A program made the translations under genes and the position numbers. DNA of 64,000 nt from Opitutaceae bacterium (GTDB lineage: Bacteria; Verrucomicrobiota; Verrucomicrobiia; Opitutales; Coraliomargaritaceae). The first letter of the stretch is position 1. Every line of letters starts with the position of its first letter. Where the stretch lies: contig JBPOFY010000004.1 of NCBI GenBank assembly GCA_051252375.1, forward strand, positions 32,001-96,000. The letters are read 5' to 3'. The notes beneath the pieces are model-generated. The model was not told the DNA's origin. It saw nothing but the letters and a program-made list of their open reading frames with translations, and did no database searches. Below, piece by piece: positions 40,625 through 49,639 of this stretch.

Positions 40625-41296
40625 TTAGAGCCATTCATCCGAGGTAAAGACGCCCATACGATATGCCGTCCTGACGGCAGACGGCGCGTTCTTAACATCC
40701 AACTTCTCATAAATATGGCGCACGTGTGCATCCACCGTCGGATAACTGATACCAAGCTTCTCGCTAATTTCTCGCTTCTGTAAACCATCGGCCAACAGCT
40801 CCAACACTTGAAACTCTCGCTCGGAAAGTAGCTTATTCGAGACCAATGGTGTCGGACGTCCCCTCAAACTATTGATCAAATGTTGCGCTACATTGGGGTC
40901 GATGCTGGCACCGCCCTGCATGACATTTCGAATGCCCTCTTTGACCTGCTGCACGGTGGAAGACTTTAAAAGGTATCCCGATGCCCCCAAGGTGATCGCG
41001 CGTATAACATCCGCTGCAGCATCTGATTGGCTGAGCACAACGATCTTAATTTTAGGTAGTCGCTCTTTAAAATAGGGGATCGCATCCAGTCCACTCATGC
41101 CCGGTAAACGCAGATCCAATAAGATCACATCAGGAACGAGTTTTGAACGAATTTTATCGAGGCTACTGACTGCCATTTCTGCCGTGCCGAATTGGCTGAA
41201 AAGCTCCAGGTCATCTTCCCGACCTATCGCAAACTGGATGACTTCACGATATTCATCGTTATCCTCGATTAACATAATTCTAGTAGGCATATTCAT
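40625..41296 (-). CDS. NarL/LuxR-family response regulator
   Basis: IMLIEDN...LLDLRLPGMSG...GASGYLLK; HTH LSEREFQVLELLADG...TVDAHVRHIYEKL. Confidence 0.94.
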   Translation of the reverse strand: MNMPTRIMLIEDNDEYREVIQFAIGREDDLELFSQFGTAEMAVSSLDKIRSKLVPDVILLDLRLPGMSGLDAIPYFKERLPKIKIVVLSQSDAAADVIRAITLGASGYLLKSSTVQQVKEGIRNVMQGGASIDPNVAQHLINSLRGRPTPLVSNKLLSEREFQVLELLADGLQKREISEKLGISYPTVDAHVRHIYEKLDVKNAPSAVRTAYRMGVFTSDEWL

Positions 41297-41305
41297 CGTA
41301 ATATA

Positions 41306-43246
41306 TTATTTAAAGGACCGTTTATTCACTTTCAACTTCAACGAAATCAAGGTACCCCCTTCTTTCGGATGGTCAACTGTTGCGATTGCCCGCATCAATT
41401 TCGCACGACGGCGTAACGACTTAGGTAAACCACCAGTGAATCCGCAACCATCGTCAGCAATCGTCAGCCTCAATTCTTTCATATTTGTCGATAACTCTAT
41501 TTTGGCGATGGTCGCCTGTCCGTGGCGGATGATATTGGTCAACGATTCTTTAAAGAATAAATAGATATCGATTCGCTGCCGACGCTTCAAGCGATTCAAC
41601 GCAACTTCATTTTCAAAGGAGATTACATACTGAACATCTGCGAGTAATCGGCGCGCTTCCCGCTTCATCTCATCAACCAAAATCTCACAGACGCCTGTCG
41701 CCTCCAGCATATTGGTGCAAAAACGAGCCGACGCCCCAGCCCGCTCAGTCAGCGTACGTATTTTCTGCAGCGTTTCAATCAATGGTCCCGGCGTATCAAC
41801 CGACTCTTGAGCAATATCGCTCCACATCCCAATCGCATGTAAATTTGCGCCAAGTTCATCGTGCAAGTTTGCGGCGATGCGCTCACGCACCTGTGTCTCA
41901 TTACGGATGCGCAGGATACGGCTATAGAGCACAACAAATACAATAACGAAGAGGGCAACCACCAGCATCCAACCCATTCCAATCAGAACCTTTTTCTGAA
42001 GCTCATACTGAACATCCAACGCGTCCATCACACCGCGACGTTCCAACTCTAGATCGTGACGCAGAGCCAATTCTTTCATCCACATTCGGACAGGGAGAAT
42101 TTCACCGTATAGATTTTGACCGTCAGTCAAAGCCAACGGCGAACGCAAGTTACGCATAACAGGATCCGCCCAAGCCTCTTTACCCAAAGCAACATTCTCA
42201 CCATTGGAGATAAGTTCGATCTCAGCAAACCCGACACGAGATAAACGCTCCGAAACACCGAAGGAGATACTTGGCTCGATAGTAACCAGCCTGACGTAAC
42301 GACATGACGCCTCTGGGATGTTCCACATCATTATCAAACCCGTATCCGAAATCTTCTCCGATTGATAATCCAACAGCACTGTAACATCTGTAAAATCTGG
42401 CGTTTCGGCCCCCTCGACTTTGAAGTGTTTAGGTATCCCCAAATCGCCCACAAAAGCTTGTGGCACCGTATTACTTTGCTCCACCGCATGGAGGTGTATG
42501 CCAGAGATTGGACGACTTACACCCAAATCAATATACAGCGCCGGCGTCGCTCCAAAATCACTCAGAAAGCCCAGGCTTTGCCGCCCGCGCGCTGAATTCA
42601 TAATATAAGGCGTGGTGCCATCCACAAGGAACCCCTCATCCCAAGCACCCGATGGGTCGCGAGGTCTCCCTAAAGAAGTTTTAAGTGGACGGCGCAGTGC
42701 CACATTCTTTCCTTCACTAAAGATCAGTATCTCGGACAACTGAAAAACATATTTATCGTCAAGTACTCGCTTAAACAGATGCGGCACTTCGAGCCTCACC
42801 CAGGAAGCTGGCGTCTCCGCGAACGATAGCATTAGTGGGGTCACGCTACGCGACATATCCTCAGTATGCGCATACTCCGCAATCACTCTACCCTCTCGAT
42901 CTTCAGCGGTTCCAACTCTTACACGAAACGTCGTCGGGAAAGCATCGGCCTTAAATCCCTCTTCCATATTACGCCAGAGCACTGGCAATAGTGCAATTTC
43001 ACTGATCATTTGCACCTCACCCAAATCGATCTCTACCCAGAACGGATGCTCCGCATTTTTGAAAGGAGCGGTATGGAAACCAATCGCCCCCACCCCGCCG
43101 CGCAAACTTGGGCGAGCCAACGCTTCAAGCTCTCGGTCAATCTCCGCCTTCCTCGCCTCCAATTCCGAAATTGAACGACCATCGAGAGCTGCACTACCGG
43201 CAGAGCAACAAAACAAGAAGACCAGACTGAGTAGCAATCGTCTCAT
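41306..43246 (-). CDS. Sensor histidine kinase (HisKA_3) with two periplasmic discoidin/galactose-binding-like domains
   Basis: Signal peptide; WVEIDLG...NVALRR and YIDLG...ENVALGK repeats; TM; RIAANLHDELG; KESLTNIIRH; DDGCGF. Confidence 0.88.
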   Translation of the reverse strand: MRRLLLSLVFLFCCSAGSAALDGRSISELEARKAEIDRELEALARPSLRGGVGAIGFHTAPFKNAEHPFWVEIDLGEVQMISEIALLPVLWRNMEEGFKADAFPTTFRVRVGTAEDREGRVIAEYAHTEDMSRSVTPLMLSFAETPASWVRLEVPHLFKRVLDDKYVFQLSEILIFSEGKNVALRRPLKTSLGRPRDPSGAWDEGFLVDGTTPYIMNSARGRQSLGFLSDFGATPALYIDLGVSRPISGIHLHAVEQSNTVPQAFVGDLGIPKHFKVEGAETPDFTDVTVLLDYQSEKISDTGLIMMWNIPEASCRYVRLVTIEPSISFGVSERLSRVGFAEIELISNGENVALGKEAWADPVMRNLRSPLALTDGQNLYGEILPVRMWMKELALRHDLELERRGVMDALDVQYELQKKVLIGMGWMLVVALFVIVFVVLYSRILRIRNETQVRERIAANLHDELGANLHAIGMWSDIAQESVDTPGPLIETLQKIRTLTERAGASARFCTNMLEATGVCEILVDEMKREARRLLADVQYVISFENEVALNRLKRRQRIDIYLFFKESLTNIIRHGQATIAKIELSTNMKELRLTIADDGCGFTGGLPKSLRRRAKLMRAIATVDHPKEGGTLISLKLKVNKRSFK

Positions 43247-43412
43247 CAGTGACAATCAGAGAGCTGGAAGTGAAGGTGCGCCCCGGCACCACACGGATAG
43301 TCGAAAATCCTATCTAATATAACGCCGTGCGCTAACTCCAGCACATCAGACATTTCTAGATTTCGTATATGCATCGCATCAAAGTATAAGACACTACGCT
43401 AAGCACAAACCA

Positions 43413-43452
43413 CAAAAAAAGCGTGCGATGCATCTGCATCACACGCTTTTTG
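43413..43452 (-). terminator. Rho-independent terminator of the PEP-CTERM beta-repeat gene
   Basis: caaaaaaagcgtgcgatgca-tc-tgcatcacacgctttttg, with A/T tracts on both sides. Confidence 0.85.
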
Positions 43453-43481
43453 AAAAACGATTTAATTGGACCTCTAGCCAA

Positions 43482-46400
43482 TTAGGACTGGCGACGACGG
43501 CGAACCATCACGTAACCCAAGCCGAGAAGACCAGCAAGCAGCGCATAACTACCTGGCTCAGGCACGACGGACAGAGTCAGCACACCTGTAGACTGAGTGA
43601 ATTGCCAAGTATCGTTACCAGCATTGAGATCCCAAATGCCATCAAGATCGCCATCCAAAAGGCTACCGGAATACTGATCAGAAAGAACGATCGAAGCGAG
43701 GTCGCCTGACTGGCTACCGAAATCAAACAGGTCAAATGTGTAGTTGCCAGCAGCGAAGATCGTGCCGATGTCGAGATCAAGATCGCCGCCGTAGGTCAGT
43801 GCGCCGGTAACATCTGCGAAATCATGCCCTCCTGTAACGCCTGCACCCGCAGTGCCGTCAATTTCATAGATCGCAGTGCCTGCGAGTGTCAGTGAGCTGA
43901 AGGTCATCGTGCCAGGACTATTACCGATCGCAAGTGTGCCGTCGATAACGACGGCTCCTAGATTACCGGATCCGCCTAGTGTCGCACCAGAGTCCACCGT
44001 GACAAGGCTGCTGCTAGCAATTGATCCGTCCACAATGAGTGTGCCCGCAATGATACCGGTAGTACCTGTGTAAGTGCTGGTGCCAGTCAAGGTCTGGGTG
44101 CCTGCACCCGTCTTGATCAGATCCATACCCGAGGCTCCGTTACCAATAACGCCAGAGTAAGAACTATTGCCTGCGTTATTCAAAGTCAGAGCTGTCACAG
44201 CGTCATAGCCGCCAGAGGTGGTCGTAAAGACCGATGCAAGATCCTTGTCACCTGTGAGACCGCCGAAGGTCAACGCGGTTACCGTGGTCTTCAATCCGTT
44301 GCTAGCATCACCCAAAGTGCTGCCGGCCGTATTCAACGCACTGTTCTGGATCGCCAAACTGTTTAAGAGCTGCAGCGTGCCCGAACTGACCGTGGTTGAA
44401 CCGGTGTAGGTGCCCGCACCACCCATGGTGAAGGTGCCACTGCCAGCGTAGGCGAAGTTCTTGGCCCCCCCTGCCGTATCGAGGACTCCTCCGTTGACGG
44501 TGACATCCGCCGAACCGCTCCAAATATTAGTAGAGGTGGCCCCCCGCTCGTTCAGTCCCAGCGAACCGAAGACGAGGGTATTCCCAGCGCCGTTTACCTC
44601 AATGGTTGTCACGCCTGTCCCGCGGGCGGTCGAGACGGAGGCTCCGCCGAAGGTCAAGGTGCTGCCACTGCCATTAAGTTGGATAATACCGGTAGACACT
44701 CCAGCTGTAGCCGGCAATTGAAAGTCAATCGCGCCCTCTCCCAGATTCAGGTCATTCGTGCCGCCAAACGTAAAATAGTTGCCGTTCACGTTGCCGGCAA
44801 CTGTGATGAGATTGTCGTTGGCAAGCGTGATAGCACCGCCGCTGGTGTTGTCAATGGTGGTGCCGTTGCCGATCACAAACGTGCCCGTGCCGAGCGCAGT
44901 GGTGCTGTTGATATTGAGCGTGCCCTCACTGAGTGTCGTAGTGCCGGTGTAGGTGTTATCGCCAGCGAGAGTTGTGATCCCGCTATTGCTGATAGCGGAC
45001 GCGCCACTTATCACGCCTGCTGCAGATTGCGATAAAGTTCCCGAACTACCAACTTCGATCGCCCCGCCGCCTGTGAGCGACCCCGTAAGGCTAAGCGTGC
45101 CTGCATTAACGTTCGTCGCTCCACTGTAGCTGTTGCTGCCTGAAAGCGTGAGAGTGTTAACTCCGAGCTTGGTGAGGTCACGAGCAGCAGTGAGCGCTGT
45201 GGATTGGGTGAAGTCCCCGGCCGTAGTGTCGAGAGCAACACCAGAGGCCGCGTCCAAAGTGAACCCAGTGAGCGTGTTGGTGTTAAACAAGTCAGCGACG
45301 TCGGTTTCACTATAGTCTGTTACACCACCCGCACCGACTCCAAGACCCGCAGTGCCCGCCGCGCTTGCGGATATAGTGGTGCTGGAGGAACGCGCAGCCT
45401 TGTTGGCGATAACGAGCGTTCCATTGGATATCGTAGTGGTCGCACCAGCATAGGTGTTGGTGCCGGAAAGGACAACCACCCCAGTCCCTATCTTTGTGTA
45501 GCTTTGTGCCCCGATGAGGTTTCCTGAAACGGTAAGCACCGAAGAGCCATCGGAACTCAGTCTGAAAGGATTTGTTTCAGCGTTGCTAATCTGCCCAGAC
45601 CACTCGGCTGCTGTTGCCCCCGTCTCCAGCACGAGAGTTTTATTACCGCCCGCAGTGGTGGTAACAATGCCTCGTGAAATATTGACACCGTCAGCCAACT
45701 CAATCGTGCCAGATTGTCTCATTTCTATCGCAGTCGCCACCCCGCTGACACCCGCAGCATTGTCGTGCTCGAGCCGAAGTGTTGCACCGCCTGTGGTGAT
45801 TCTAATCGCATTGCCAAACGTATTATCGCCACTAAGGACTACCGTGCCGTTTCCCGTCAAATTGAAATCGCCGGTGTTATTGGTGGAGGAGAGCACCCCT
45901 GAAAGCGTAAGGGTCTGCCCCGACGTAGCCACTAGGTCAGTATTGCCTGCACCAGATTCTTCTTTGTTAATGTTACCCGAATACTCCGCCGAAGTCGCGC
46001 CAGCTGCCACTCTGATAATCTTATTAGCCCCAGAGTCGGAAACAGTGAGAGTGTTGCTAATATTGACACCGTCTCCCAGTTCCAAGACTGCATTTGAGTT
46101 CGCCAGGGTCACGGTGCCTGTGCCTAATGCATTATCGTTGTTAGCCTGCACAATATTCCCTGCATTAATATTTGTGCCACCGCTATAAGTATTGGCACCG
46201 CTCAAGATCAGTGTGCCTCCAGGATTTGTGGACTTCGTAAGCGCTAATGAAGTTGCACCACCATCACTAATGACACCGCTCAGATGGGTCGTGCCCGTGC
46301 CGAATATGGTAAAAGTTTTTGCCACCGCAGATCCTCCAGTCCCTCCAGAAATGTCTCCAGCAATCGTAAGTGTATTGGCGCTGTTATTGGTCAAGGTATT

Positions 46401-46814
46401 CGATGCCGAGGTTGCATCTGTGCCCAAAACGACATGCGCGTTGATAAGCTGATCGTTAGCAACAGTCGAAGTCATCACAATGTTTCCGCCGTTATCGAGT
46501 GTGAGGGTGTCAGTGCCGACAGCACCTGCACCGATCGTGTAAGCAGCAACACTTGCCCCAGTGAACTCAAGGGCTCCGATCGTAACGCCTCCACTGAGAT
46601 CGATAACTGCTGCGCCGCCCGTTCCTACGACTGAATTGAAAGTAGCCGTGTCTCCGGTGCCTGGCACTATAGTTGCACCCACCCAGTTAGTCGTATCAGA
46701 CCACAATGCGTCAGTATCACCATCCCAAGTGTCAGTAGCGGCATTGGCAACAGCGCCAGATAGCACAAATGCTGCGGCTGTGGTTAAAAGTAGAGGTGTG
46801 GTTAATTTAATCAT
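43482..46814 (-). CDS. Autotransporter-associated beta-strand repeat protein with PEP-CTERM anchor
   Basis: Signal peptide from ATG 46814 and many LxLSGxNTYSGxTxxxxGTL repeats. Ends VVPEPGSYALLAGLLGLGYVMVRRRRQS. Confidence 0.93.
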   Translation of the reverse strand: MIKLTTPLLLTTAAAFVLSGAVANAATDTWDGDTDALWSDTTNWVGATIVPGTGDTATFNSVVGTGGAAVIDLSGGVTIGALEFTGASVAAYTIGAGAVGTDTLTLDNGGNIVMTSTVANDQLINAHVVLGTDATSASNTLTNNSANTLTIAGDISGGTGGSAVAKTFTIFGTGTTHLSGVISDGGATSLALTKSTNPGGTLILSGANTYSGGTNINAGNIVQANNDNALGTGTVTLANSNAVLELGDGVNISNTLTVSDSGANKIIRVAAGATSAEYSGNINKEESGAGNTDLVATSGQTLTLSGVLSSTNNTGDFNLTGNGTVVLSGDNTFGNAIRITTGGATLRLEHDNAAGVSGVATAIEMRQSGTIELADGVNISRGIVTTTAGGNKTLVLETGATAAEWSGQISNAETNPFRLSSDGSSVLTVSGNLIGAQSYTKIGTGVVVLSGTNTYAGATTTISNGTLVIANKAARSSSTTISASAAGTAGLGVGAGGVTDYSETDVADLFNTNTLTGFTLDAASGVALDTTAGDFTQSTALTAARDLTKLGVNTLTLSGSNSYSGATNVNAGTLSLTGSLTGGGAIEVGSSGTLSQSAAGVISGASAISNSGITTLAGDNTYTGTTTLSEGTLNINSTTALGTGTFVIGNGTTIDNTSGGAITLANDNLITVAGNVNGNYFTFGGTNDLNLGEGAIDFQLPATAGVSTGIIQLNGSGSTLTFGGASVSTARGTGVTTIEVNGAGNTLVFGSLGLNERGATSTNIWSGSADVTVNGGVLDTAGGAKNFAYAGSGTFTMGGAGTYTGSTTVSSGTLQLLNSLAIQNSALNTAGSTLGDASNGLKTTVTALTFGGLTGDKDLASVFTTTSGGYDAVTALTLNNAGNSSYSGVIGNGASGMDLIKTGAGTQTLTGTSTYTGTTGIIAGTLIVDGSIASSSLVTVDSGATLGGSGNLGAVVIDGTLAIGNSPGTMTFSSLTLAGTAIYEIDGTAGAGVTGGHDFADVTGALTYGGDLDLDIGTIFAAGNYTFDLFDFGSQSGDLASIVLSDQYSGSLLDGDLDGIWDLNAGNDTWQFTQSTGVLTLSVVPEPGSYALLAGLLGLGYVMVRRRRQS

Positions 46815-46937
46815 GGCAGTATAAGGGAAATGATAAAAAAACGCTTCAAGAGATGTGAAGCGGATAGAAATCACTTATATTAGGTATAGAATACCAAATC
46901 TCGGTCCATCTGGCTATTACGCGTACACATAAATCCA

Positions 46938-46957
46938 CATGACGTATATACGTGATG
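46938..46957. promoter_or_regulatory. Palindromic candidate operator upstream of the PEP-CTERM beta-repeat gene
   Basis: CATGACG-tatata-CGTGATG, containing the perfect 12-bp palindrome ACGTATATACGT. Confidence 0.5.
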
Positions 46958-47022
46958 CAACCTCAAAACCGATGCCTGACCGCCGAAAATACTACAGTAG
47001 CTCGTTCAATTCCATTATTCGT

Positions 47023-47087
47023 AAATAACGTAGAGCGTGCTCACGGAGTGAGGCACGAACGGAGTTGATCACCGCGCCTGGATATAC
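47023..47087. other. Degenerate attC-like hairpin (isolated)
   Basis: AAATAAC ... gcgtgctca / tgatcaccgc stem with one extrahelical base ... GATATAC (a degenerate GTT box). 65 bp; no integrase nearby. Confidence 0.3.
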
Positions 47088-47223
47088 CATAGGGGAGTGC
47101 AATGAGGTTCGACGATTCGATGGGGTTAAGGTTCATTTCAGTGGGACTTTTTAGATTCGTTCAGACTGGTTAGAATGTGGATTCCTTCAATTTAAATATT
47201 CCCAGAGGCCAGCGGAGCTGGAT

Positions 47224-47306
47224 CCGCTTAACTTCGCTTAATTTACGCTTAAAATGAGATCTCTTTCGTCGTGCTGGTTAAGCGTTCATTAAGCGTGATT
47301 AAGCGG
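47224..47306. repeat. Palindromic element of three CGCTTAA facing three TTAAGCG
   Basis: ccgcttaa-cttcgcttaa-tttacgcttaa ... ttaagcg-ttcattaagcg-tgattaagcgg. Confidence 0.8.
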
Positions 47307-47466
47307 TTAAAAATCTGGGTTCACTCTTCTGTATATCAGTATAATTGATCGCGATGCTAAGCTGTAGATAGTTCCGCTAGCAATAAACTCACCGGACTAG
47401 CCATCCATCCAATGAGTTCCCCCTACCTCAGTTCGGTATGGTTACCGAATCCACCCCAAAAACATC

Positions 47467-49380
47467 CTATTTTTGCGATTTCTTACTTTTCTTCGATTTT
47501 TTGGGGTCGCCGGTGCCACCGACTAAATAATCGACTCGATGCTTCACCAAGCCGCCGAGTTTGGCCCAATCGGCGTTTTTGATATATGCGGGATCCATCT
47601 CCACCCCGGCATTGCCCTGAAGCAGGACCACTGTGTTAAGGATGAGATTCACTTCGATCGGGTCGGTATTACCATCAAGGACATCATATATAATAGGCAT
47701 GGGGTCAGCCGCGCCTGCTAGACCGAGAAACTCTGCGGCGCGCACGCGCACCAAATTATTAGGGTCGGAAGCCGCCAGCTTCTTGGCTTTTTCGTAAAAC
47801 GGGGATGCCTGTTCACCGAAAGCCGCACAAGTAATCAGCCCCCAATAGCGTTCCTGTGGTTGTTTCGACTGAAGCGCTTGCGCGATCTGTCCTTTCGCCT
47901 CGGGAAAGGCGCGTAGCTGCAAGTCGGCGATATCGATGAACGCTGCGATCTGTTCTTTGTTCTTTCGACCGAAGGCGACGCCATTGCCTTGACTCTTAGA
48001 TAGGAAAACGGATTCCGGATAGAATCCGACATCCGCGACAGACTTCACCTGATCCTGTAAAGCCCGTCGCATCCCCAAGAGCACATCCGTATAAGCGGGA
48101 TCGTCGGCGAGATTGTTTATCTCGTGCGGGTCTTTCTCGATGTCAAAGAGTTGCTCCGGCGGGCGCGCATGGAAAAAAGCCGATTGCACGTCGTTGAGTT
48201 TGCCAGCTTTTGCGAGATCACGCCATTCACTGAAGGCTGGCTGCTTGTAGCGATAGAAATTATGCAGACCGTCGAAGTTGAACGGCTGGTAGTTGCGCCA
48301 GTAGGTGTATTTACCTTTGCGCAGAAAACGAACCATGTCGTATTTCTCATCAAAGCGATCGGCATAACCGAAGGCGGTATCTCGCTGATTCAATTCCCCC
48401 AGCACCACGCCCTGCCCGAGGAAGGGCTCACCGTCGATCTCGGCAGGAATCTCGATGCCCGCGAGGTTCAACACAGTGGCCGCGAGGTCAACGAACTCAA
48501 CAAAGCCATCAATACGCGTGCCCGCTTTGGTTGGTCTGCCATGGGTTTCGTCAAAAGGCGCCAGATGCTGCCAGTTCTTCGGGATGTAGACCACCATCGC
48601 CACCTGCAAACCATCATTATGCGCGTAGCCCTTACCCCCTGGCAACACACCACCATGATCGCCGTAGTGAAAGATGAAAGTATCGTCCATGAGCCCATCT
48701 GCCTCCAGTTGAGCAATGGTCGCTCCCACCTCGGCATCCATGAGCGTCTGCAGTGTCAGATACTGGGCGTATTTCTTACGGAAGGTCGAGGTGTCAGGGT
48801 GATACGGAAATAATGCCACCTCTGCAGGATCGACCACATACTTCGTCCCTTTCGGCAGCTCCCCGAAGAGCTTGCTCTCGTGGGTGGTGTTCGAGTTTTT
48901 AACGTGGAAAAAAGGCTGCCCCTCTTTGCGCTTCCGAAAAGTGGCCTTGCCAGAGGATTCATCCCAAACACCTGCTTTCTCCTCACTCTTGAAATTATAG
49001 TCCTGCTTATAATTGTTCGTGGTATAGTAACCAGCCTGACGCAAATAGTAAGGAAACATCCTCAAGCCCTCAGGCATGCTGACGGGCACCAAGTTGCGAT
49101 GATATTGAGCGCCTGTGCGCGGGCCGTAGCAGCCGGAGATAATCGTGCTGCGAGCCACCGAACAAACTGCACCGCAGGAATAAGCATTATTAAACACCAG
49201 TCCCTGCGCTGCGAGCTTCTCAATATGCGGCATCGGCGCCCCATGCTCGGGGTCATAAAGCCGATACCAGTTCGCTGAGTTATCTTCCGAAGTGAGCCAA
49301 ACGATATTCGGTCGATCGGGTTTGGCGCTGACCGAAAGGGTCAGCACTAAAAACAAAATAAACAGCCGATGGATTTTCAT
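47467..49380 (-). CDS. Sulfatase (S1, formylglycine-dependent) with C-terminal HEAT-like extension
   Basis: RPNIVWLTSED, CSVARSTIISG, YGDHGG and EQLFDIEKDPHEINNLA; helical tail containing LVRVRAAEFLG. Confidence 0.9.
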   Translation of the reverse strand: MKIHRLFILFLVLTLSVSAKPDRPNIVWLTSEDNSANWYRLYDPEHGAPMPHIEKLAAQGLVFNNAYSCGAVCSVARSTIISGCYGPRTGAQYHRNLVPVSMPEGLRMFPYYLRQAGYYTTNNYKQDYNFKSEEKAGVWDESSGKATFRKRKEGQPFFHVKNSNTTHESKLFGELPKGTKYVVDPAEVALFPYHPDTSTFRKKYAQYLTLQTLMDAEVGATIAQLEADGLMDDTFIFHYGDHGGVLPGGKGYAHNDGLQVAMVVYIPKNWQHLAPFDETHGRPTKAGTRIDGFVEFVDLAATVLNLAGIEIPAEIDGEPFLGQGVVLGELNQRDTAFGYADRFDEKYDMVRFLRKGKYTYWRNYQPFNFDGLHNFYRYKQPAFSEWRDLAKAGKLNDVQSAFFHARPPEQLFDIEKDPHEINNLADDPAYTDVLLGMRRALQDQVKSVADVGFYPESVFLSKSQGNGVAFGRKNKEQIAAFIDIADLQLRAFPEAKGQIAQALQSKQPQERYWGLITCAAFGEQASPFYEKAKKLAASDPNNLVRVRAAEFLGLAGAADPMPIIYDVLDGNTDPIEVNLILNTVVLLQGNAGVEMDPAYIKNADWAKLGGLVKHRVDYLVGGTGDPKKSKKSKKSQK

Positions 49381-49639
49381 AAGATAGAAAAGAGGAGTTA
49401 GCATACAGTAGTTAGAAGTTAGCCACTGAAAGGCAATGGTTTGTAAACTTGAGCACTTTCGCCAATTTGGCGATGGGCGCTTTCACGATAAGCTCTTGAA
49501 CAATGCCCTAACTTCCAACTTCCAACTTCTGAATTTAAGATAAGACAACACGTTGACAACTGCAGCTACGACACGCGCGCTTAAGATAACAGCCAAAAAG
49601 CCGAAGGCCTCAGCCATCAAGTTCAAGCCACCGACGCGA

